Origin: Elusimicrobiota bacterium | GTDB lineage: Bacteria; Elusimicrobiota; Elusimicrobia; UBA1565; UBA9628 | Length of the DNA stretch: 64,000 nt | Direction of reading: 5' to 3' | NCBI GenBank assembly: GCA_016212795.1 | Contig: JACRDT010000046.1 | Span: 7,486-71,485 of the forward strand | Shown: piece after piece, positions 58,590 through 64,000 of the stretch | How the letters are laid out: every line of letters starts with the position of its first letter | How positions within the stretch are numbered: position 1 is the first letter of the stretch | Notes under the pieces: generated by a model | What the model was told of the DNA's origin: nothing | Database searches by the model: none | The model's input: only the letters and a program-made list of their open reading frames with translations | Made by a program: the position numbers and the translations under genes

Positions 58590-59542
58590 GCCCCTGGCTT
58601 CCCGCCCCTCGGGGCGGCACGCATCTTCTCGATGAGCCTCCGGTTGAAGGTTTCCGCGGCAAAGTACCCCTGGCCGCGCAACCGCTGGTTGAGCGCCGCG
58701 ACTTCGATGAGGATCGCCAGATTCCGGCCGGGGCTGACGGCGATCCTGATGAGCGGGATGCGGATACCCACGATGGAGGTGTTCAAGGATTCCAGGCCGC
58801 TGCGGTCGTACTTGGCCTGGGCGTCCCACGGCTCCAACTGGACGGCAAGCTCGACGGGCACGCGGTCCAGGATGGCCCCCACGCCGAAGAGCTGCTTGAC
58901 GTCGATGATGCCCAGGCCGCGGACCTCGATGTAATGCCTGAGCGGCTCGGGGCACATGCCCCAAAGGACCCCGCCCCTGCGGTGCTGCACCTCGATGGCG
59001 TCGTCGGCCACCAGGATGTGGCCCCGCTTGAGCAGCTCCAGCGCGCATTCCGACTTCCCGATCCCCGGCTCCCCCTGGATGAGCAAGCCCAGGCCGTAGA
59101 CCTCGACCAGGACGCCGTGGATGACCGTCCTGGGGGCGAGGCGTTCCTCCAGGAACGCGCTCAGGTCGCCGACCAGGAGCGCCGTGTCGAGCCTCGAGCG
59201 CAAGAGCGGCACGCCGCTCTTCCGGCAGGCCTGCACCAGGATGGGCGGCGCCTTCAAGTTGTGGGTCAGGATGAGGCACGGCAGCTGCGGGTGGGCGAGC
59301 ATCGCGCTGAGCGCGCCCTGCAGCGCCTTCTGCGGCGCCTTCATGCAGAAGGACTGCTCGCCGTTGCCGATGATCTGGATGCGCTCCGGCCGGAAATGGT
59401 CCTGCGAGCCGATGAGCGCCAGGCCGGGCCGGTTGAGGTCGGAGACCGTGATCTTGCGGCCCAGGGATTTCTCGCCGGCGATCAGCTCAAGGCCGAGCTC
59501 GTCTTTCTCCTCTTTGAGCAGGTCGCCGACGGTCACGTTCAT
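58586..59542 (-). CDS. hprK: HPr kinase/phosphorylase
   Basis: 318 aa with the P-loop GEPGIGKSECALEL and co-linear HprK similarity. Confidence 0.95.
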   Translation of the reverse strand: MNVTVGDLLKEEKDELGLELIAGEKSLGRKITVSDLNRPGLALIGSQDHFRPERIQIIGNGEQSFCMKAPQKALQGALSAMLAHPQLPCLILTHNLKAPPILVQACRKSGVPLLRSRLDTALLVGDLSAFLEERLAPRTVIHGVLVEVYGLGLLIQGEPGIGKSECALELLKRGHILVADDAIEVQHRRGGVLWGMCPEPLRHYIEVRGLGIIDVKQLFGVGAILDRVPVELAVQLEPWDAQAKYDRSGLESLNTSIVGIRIPLIRIAVSPGRNLAILIEVAALNQRLRGQGYFAAETFNRRLIEKMRAAPRGGKPGA

Positions 59543-59613
59543 ATCACTCGCCTCCCCCGCGGGGAGGCGAGTAGCCAGGGCTAACCGCCGTTATCATGGC
59601 CCGTTCCTTCCCG
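59543..59613 (-). repeat. Intact copy of the SD-sequestering hairpin module in the hpf-hprK spacer
   Basis: An 11-bp perfect stem at 59547-59557 / 59561-59571 (CTCGCCTCCCC / GGGGAGGCGAG on the minus strand) contains the hprK SD. The GAGTGATATG junction is identical to the ptsI copy. Confidence 0.6.
59544..59597 (-). CDS. Candidate 17-codon mini-ORF reading through the hairpin and stopping 1 nt before the hprK ATG
   Basis: ATG ATA ACG GCG GTT AGC CCT GGC TAC TCG CCT CCC CGC GGG GGA GGC GAG TGA (MITAVSPGYSPPRGGGE). SD GAAGGAA (59604-59610) lies 6 nt upstream. Confidence 0.3.
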   Translation of the reverse strand: MITAVSPGYSPPRGGGE

Positions 59614-60135
59614 TCAGCGCTTTCTAACAGGCTGGATGATGCAGTAGGACTCGTCGTCGCGCCGGTAGATCACCTGCAGCTGCTTGGAGTCGCGGTCCTC
59701 GAAGAGCATGAAGGCGTGCCCCGCCTCGTCCATGCGGACCGCCGCCTCCTGCGGGGTGATCGGGGATACCGCCGTCTTGACGACGGCGAACTGCAGCGCC
59801 GCCGCCGGAGCCGGCTGCCCCTCCCTCGAGGAGTCATCCGGCGTCTTATGGTGGTCGCGCAGCCGCTCCTTGTATTTCTTAATCTGGCCGTCGATCTTGT
59901 CGGTCGCCAGGTCGATGGCGGAATACAGGTCCCCGGCCGAGGCCAGCGCCCGAAACGTCTGGCGCGAGCCGTGGATAACGATCTCCGCTTTGTGGGCCCT
60001 CTTCTCGATGAACAATACCACTTGCGCCCAGACAAGGTGGTCGAAATACCGTTCGGCCTTCCCGACCTTCTGCCGGACGTAGCTGTCGATGGCGTCAGTG
60101 ATTTTGAGTCGTCTGGCTGTCAGATTGATTTTCAT
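59614..60135 (-). CDS. hpf: Ribosome hibernation promoting factor (long HPF)
   Basis: MKINLTARRLKITDAIDSYVRQKVGKAERYF.. (S30AE/HPF N-domain) plus a C-terminal dimerisation domain (..GHAFMLFEDRDSKQLQVIYRRDD..). Start moved to the ATG at 60135 with a GAGAGGAA SD. Confidence 0.9.
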   Translation of the reverse strand: MKINLTARRLKITDAIDSYVRQKVGKAERYFDHLVWAQVVLFIEKRAHKAEIVIHGSRQTFRALASAGDLYSAIDLATDKIDGQIKKYKERLRDHHKTPDDSSREGQPAPAAALQFAVVKTAVSPITPQEAAVRMDEAGHAFMLFEDRDSKQLQVIYRRDDESYCIIQPVRKR

Positions 60136-60166
60136 AGCCGGTGTTCCTCTCAAAAAATAGCAGTAC

Positions 60167-60195
60167 ATTAAATCACTTTCATGCTGCCCTGTCAA
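60167..60195 (-). promoter_or_regulatory. Near-consensus sigma70 promoter for hpf (and probably the downstream PTS string)
   Basis: The minus strand reads TTGACA (60195-60190), a 17-nt spacer, then TTTAAT (60172-60167), ~30 nt upstream of the hpf ATG. Confidence 0.5.
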
Positions 60196-60257
60196 TCGGA
60201 CATCCATATTCATAAAGGCTCTGCTGTGTTCATTACCCTTTATTAGAAAATTCGTCG

Positions 60258-60286
60258 TTGACCGGACGATAATAATAAGCTAATAT
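60258..60286 (+). promoter_or_regulatory. Near-consensus sigma70 promoter for dnaA
   Basis: TTGACC (60258-60263), a 17-nt spacer, then TAATAT (60281-60286). The predicted ~80-nt leader contains the DnaA boxes. Confidence 0.5.
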
Positions 60287-60352
60287 TTGATATTCACTGG
60301 GCGTCCTATCGGCTAATGCTTGTTTTTACGTCGTTTTTTACTTGTTCTCGAG

Positions 60353-60372
60353 TTATGAACACTTGTGGATAA
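60353..60372. promoter_or_regulatory. DnaA boxes immediately upstream of the dnaA start
   Basis: TGTGGATAA at 60364-60372 is the perfect complement of TTATCCACA. TTATGAACA at 60353-61 matches 7 of 9. Confidence 0.6.
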
Positions 60373-60375
60373 CCT

Positions 60376-61731
60376 GTGCACAACGAACTGACCCCTCAGC
60401 AGCTTTGGACCCAGGCGATCGACAAGATCAGGCCTGACATCGGCGACGAGAACGTCGACCTCTGGCTCAAGCCGGTCGAAGCCAGTCGGCTCGACAACAA
60501 CGTCCTGCTGCTGCGCGTCCCGAACCGCTTCTTCTGCGACGGCATCAGGGACCGCTTCCAGAAGAAGCTCTGCGCCATCATCCAGCACATCGCTGGCGGC
60601 GAGGTCTCCCTTGATTACGAGATCGCCAAGGACCTCAAGAACGTCCTGCCGGCTACCGACCCGATCTCCCAGCCCAGCGGCCAGACGGGCTTCACCCTCG
60701 GCGAACTCAACCCTCGCTACACCTTCGCCTCCTTCGTCATCGGGGCGTCCAACAGGTTCGCCCACGCGACCGCGGAAGCCGTCGCGCGGACGCCCGGCAC
60801 CCAGTACAACCCGTTCTTCATCTACGGGGGCGTGGGCCTGGGCAAGACCCATCTGATGCACGCCATCGGCCAGGCGATGCGCAGCCAGCACAGCCGCTCG
60901 CGCGTCCTCTACACGACGTCCGAGCGGTTCGTCAACGAGTTCGTCACCGCCATCCAGCACAACAAGATCGACGACTTCCGGGCCAAGTACAGGAGCCTCG
61001 ACTGCCTGCTCATCGACGACGTCCAGTTCCTCATCGGCCGCGAGCGCAGCGAGCAGGAGTTCTTCCATACCTTCAACTCCCTCTTCGACATCCGCAAGCA
61101 GATCGTCCTGACCTCCGACCGCTCCCCGAAGGACATGTCCCCGAGCGAGCAACGCATCATCTCCAGGTTCGAGTGGGGCGTCGTCGCCGACATCAAGCCC
61201 CCCGACCTGGAGACCCGCATCGCCATCCTGAGGCAGAAAGCCGAGGCCGAACAGATCGACGTCCCGGACGACGTCGTCGTCTTCGTCGCCACCGCGGTCA
61301 AGTCCAACATCCGCGCTCTGGAGGGGTCGTTGATCCGGCTCAAGGCCTACTCCTCCATGACCGGCAGCAGCCTCACGGTGGACACGGCCAAGGAGATACT
61401 CCGGGATTCCCTGAGCCACGAGGTCTCCCCGCCGATCAACATCGAGACCATCATCAAGGTCGTGGCCCAGCGTTACTCCGTCGACATCAAGGACCTCAAG
61501 GGCCATTCCCGGGCAGGCTCGGTGGTCCTGCCCCGCCAGATCGCGATGTTCCTGGCTTGCAGCATGACCGACTTGTCCTATACCGAGATCGGCAGGCATT
61601 TCGGCGGCAAAGACCACACGACGGTCCTCCACGCCAAGAAGAAGATCCAGAACCTGCTGGAAGCGGACCTGATCACGCTGGAGCGGGTCAACACCCTTAA
61701 ATCCGAGATCACCTCTGTGGAATCAACGTGA
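60376..61731 (+). CDS. dnaA: Chromosomal replication initiator protein DnaA
   Basis: 451 aa, GTG start, Walker A GGVGLGKTHL, AAA+ core and a C-terminal DNA-binding domain (..FGGKDHTTVLHA..). Confidence 0.95.
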   Translation: MHNELTPQQLWTQAIDKIRPDIGDENVDLWLKPVEASRLDNNVLLLRVPNRFFCDGIRDRFQKKLCAIIQHIAGGEVSLDYEIAKDLKNVLPATDPISQPSGQTGFTLGELNPRYTFASFVIGASNRFAHATAEAVARTPGTQYNPFFIYGGVGLGKTHLMHAIGQAMRSQHSRSRVLYTTSERFVNEFVTAIQHNKIDDFRAKYRSLDCLLIDDVQFLIGRERSEQEFFHTFNSLFDIRKQIVLTSDRSPKDMSPSEQRIISRFEWGVVADIKPPDLETRIAILRQKAEAEQIDVPDDVVVFVATAVKSNIRALEGSLIRLKAYSSMTGSSLTVDTAKEILRDSLSHEVSPPINIETIIKVVAQRYSVDIKDLKGHSRAGSVVLPRQIAMFLACSMTDLSYTEIGRHFGGKDHTTVLHAKKKIQNLLEADLITLERVNTLKSEITSVEST

Positions 61732-61746
61732 ACAACCTCTCTTTTC

Positions 61747-61802
61747 TGTGGATAACCGGGTCCGCGGTGCATAAGGCGCGCGGCGCCGCCGAGTTATCCA
61801 CG
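61747..61802. promoter_or_regulatory. DnaA boxes in the dnaA-dnaN spacer
   Basis: TGTGGATAA at 61747-61755 (perfect) and TTATCCACG at 61794-61802 (8 of 9), in opposite orientations. A 7-of-9 box TGTGGAATC sits at 61716-61724 inside the dnaA 3' end. Confidence 0.55.
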
Positions 61803-61872
61803 CCCGCGGGCGCCGCCGCCCCGATTCAAACCAACGAAATCCACTCCATACACATCGTTAAATAGGATGATT

Positions 61873-62988
61873 ATGAAAATAGCATGTAATAAAGAAACGC
61901 TGATTCAGGCCGTAGAGACCATCCAGTCCGCCCTCTCGAGCCGGACCACGCTCCCGATCCTCCTGAACTTCCTCATGGAGACCGAGAACAGGAAGATCAA
62001 GGTCGTCTCGACCGACCTGGAGATGGGCATCAAGCACTACGTCAACGGGGAGATCGAGAACGACGGCAGCATCACGCTGCCGGCCAGGAAGTTCAGCGAC
62101 ATCCTCCGGACGCTGCCGGAGGGCAAGGACGTGGAGCTCCACGTCGACGCCGGCAGCAAGGTGCAGCTCAAGTGCGGGCGCTCGCACTTCGGCATCATCG
62201 GGGCCCCGAAATCCGAATACCCGGTACTCCCCGAGGTCAACAAGAACAACGCCTTCGAGATCCCGGCCGTCGTGCTCGAGAAGATGATCGACAAGACGAT
62301 CTTCTCCGTCTCGTCCGACGAGACGCGCCACGTCCTTAACGGGGTCTTTTGGTCGGCCAAGAAGGGCGACCTCGAGATGGTCTCGACGGACGGGCGGCGT
62401 CTCTCCGCGATCAAGAAGAAGAAGCTCCTGTCGGACGACAAGGCCTTCGAAATCATCGTGCCGACGAAGATACTCGGCGAGATGCAGAAGGCCGTCAAGG
62501 GGGATGGGAAGGGCAAGGGCGACGAGGCGGTCAACATCGCCGTGACCGACAGCCAGATATGGTTCCAGATCGGGGCCACCACGATGATCTCCCGCCTGCT
62601 GGCCGGGAGCTTCCCAAACTATCACCAGGTCATCCCGCAGAAGAAGGACATCGTCGTGACCATCGCCACCAAGGACCTGCTCGCCGTGACGAAGAGGGCG
62701 TCGTTGTGCGTCGGGGAGAGGGGCGGCGCGGTGAAGTACACCCTCCGCCGTGGCGCGCTCGTCGTGGCCGCCTCGAGCCAGAACCTTGAGTTCAACGACG
62801 AACTCCCTCTCGATTACGACGGCGCGGAGTTCCAGACGGCCTTCAACCCGGCGTTCGTCATGGAGGCGCTCAAGCACATCGAGACCGACAAGACGCAGAT
62901 CTCCATGACCAGCCCCGTCAACCCGGCGCTGTTCGAGCCGGCGGGCGGCGACGATTACCTCTTCGTCGTGATGCCCATGAGGGCCTAG
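61873..62988 (+). CDS. dnaN: DNA polymerase III beta sliding clamp
   Basis: [21 protein letters not shown].. co-linear with DnaN (three-domain clamp). I prefer the second ATG (61873) because AGGA lies 5 nt upstream; the track ORF starts at 61867. Confidence 0.95.
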   Translation: MKIACNKETLIQAVETIQSALSSRTTLPILLNFLMETENRKIKVVSTDLEMGIKHYVNGEIENDGSITLPARKFSDILRTLPEGKDVELHVDAGSKVQLKCGRSHFGIIGAPKSEYPVLPEVNKNNAFEIPAVVLEKMIDKTIFSVSSDETRHVLNGVFWSAKKGDLEMVSTDGRRLSAIKKKKLLSDDKAFEIIVPTKILGEMQKAVKGDGKGKGDEAVNIAVTDSQIWFQIGATTMISRLLAGSFPNYHQVIPQKKDIVVTIATKDLLAVTKRASLCVGERGGAVKYTLRRGALVVAASSQNLEFNDELPLDYDGAEFQTAFNPAFVMEALKHIETDKTQISMTSPVNPALFEPAGGDDYLFVVMPMRA

Positions 62989-62997
62989 GCGCTACCG

Positions 62998-63285
62998 ATG
63001 CGCAAGCGGTGGGCGACGGCCAACGACCTCGTTCAGGATTTCAAGAGGCGCCTCCAACTCCAGCCGGACAAGCTGTCGATCCTGAACGACGTCTGGGAGA
63101 GGGAGCTGGGGCCCCTTGCCAAGCACCTGGAGCTGGCCGGCGTGAGGAAGGGCACGCTCTACGTGCGGCCGGCCTCGGCGGCCGCCGCGCAGGAGTTGCG
63201 GCTGCGTTCCTCGTCGCTGCTGCGGGCGCTCAACAAGTACTTCACGAGGCAGTGGATCAAGGCGTTGAAGGCGACGGTCAGGTGA
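62998..63285 (+). CDS. DUF721/DciA-like small protein
   Basis: 95 aa with ..[44 protein letters not shown].. typical of DUF721. It sits in the classical position between dnaN and gyrB. Confidence 0.7.
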   Translation: MRKRWATANDLVQDFKRRLQLQPDKLSILNDVWERELGPLAKHLELAGVRKGTLYVRPASAAAAQELRLRSSSLLRALNKYFTRQWIKALKATVR

Positions 63286-63362
63286 AAGGGCGCAAGCCGC
63301 GCGAGCGATCGAACCCAGGGCCAGAGGATAGACCAGTGGATAGTGCGAACAGGGGTGGAGAC

Positions 63363-64000
63363 ATGCCGGAGACCAAGACGGAAGAGACCCAGGCCAAGGA
63401 GGTCCCGTCCAAGGCGCCCAAAGGCGGCAGCGACTACGATTCGTCGAAGATCCAGGTCCTGGAGGGCCTGGAGGCGGTCCGCAAGCGCCCCGCCATGTAC
63501 ATCGGGAGCACGGGGCCCGGCGGGCTGCACCACCTGGTGTACGAGGCGGTGGATAATTCCGTCGACGAGATCCTGGCCGGGCGCTGCACCACCGTGGACG
63601 TCATCCTGCACCAGGGCAACCTCGTCACGGTGTTGGACAACGGGTCTGGCATCCCCGTCGACGCCATGCGGGACCCCAAGCTGCCGCCGAACATCCGCGG
63701 CAAGTCGGCCCTCGAGGTGGTGATGACCGTCCTGCACGCGGGCGGTAAGTTCGACAAGGGGGCCTATAAGATATCCGGCGGGCTCCACGGCGTCGGCATC
63801 TCGGTGGTCAACGCCCTTTCGGAGTGGCTGGAGGTCGAGGTCTACCGGGACGGCAAGACCTACAAGCAGCGCTACGAGCGGGGCAAGCCGAAGACCGGCG
63901 TCGACGTGGTGGGCAAGTCCGACGACCACGGCACCCGCGTGACCTTCAAGCCCGACCCGGACATCTTCGACGGACACCAGTTCTCCTACGACGTCCTCTC
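63363..64000 (+). CDS. gyrB: DNA gyrase subunit B, N-terminal part (continues beyond the window)
   Basis: Not in the ORF track because it is open at the window edge. ATG at 63363; the translation ..[60 protein letters not shown].. carries GHKL ATPase motifs of GyrB. Confidence 0.95.
   Translation, partial: MPETKTEETQAKEVPSKAPKGGSDYDSSKIQVLEGLEAVRKRPAMYIGSTGPGGLHHLVYEAVDNSVDEILAGRCTTVDVILHQGNLVTVLDNGSGIPVDAMRDPKLPPNIRGKSALEVVMTVLHAGGKFDKGAYKISGGLHGVGISVVNALSEWLEVEVYRDGKTYKQRYERGKPKTGVDVVGKSDDHGTRVTFKPDPDIFDGHQFSYDVL

Larger units (their letters stand above)
60136..60375. other. AT-rich intergenic region: candidate oriC/DNA-unwinding segment plus divergent hpf and dnaA promoters
   Basis: Visibly AT-rich against the GC-rich surroundings (e.g. 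GATAATAATAAGCTAATATTTGATATT). It contains DnaA boxes next to dnaA, and gene orientation switches from all-minus to all-plus here. Confidence 0.6.

Overview
High-GC bacterial chromosome segment with no rRNA, CRISPR array, transposase or integrase that I could recognise. It ends at the replication origin. An AT-rich gap at 60.1-60.4 kb carries DnaA boxes, followed by dnaA, dnaN, a DUF721/DciA-like gene and gyrB on the + strand. The 17 genes to its left (45.4-60.1 kb) all run on the - strand: hpf, hprK, rapZ, PTS EIIA/B/C/D(Man), ptsH, ptsI, lepA, lepB, nfeD and four more. Many of them are joined by ATGA/GTGA stop-start overlaps. The rest of the window mixes housekeeping genes (metH, coaD, a tRNA-CAU) with many predicted exported or accessory proteins. 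These include a four-HKD phospholipase-D-like protein and an MMPL/MlaC/MlaA lipid module beside a squalene-synthase-like gene. There are also two caspase-family (C14) fusions (WD40-caspase and periplasmic-adaptor-caspase), a VIT-vWA protein, an M14 carboxypeptidase and a double ATP-grasp ligase. Two M3-peptidase paralogs both have a broken HEXXH motif. The most unusual signal is a repeated ~60-nt intercistronic module in the PTS operon. An 11-bp hairpin pairs the Shine-Dalgarno of the downstream gene, and a mini-ORF reads through the hairpin and stops at the downstream start codon. A decayed tandem copy and an inverted orphan copy also exist. Many long ORFs in the track lie antisense to recognisable genes; I treated them as high-GC artefacts. 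All functional calls rest on motif and family recognition by eye. No database search was run.
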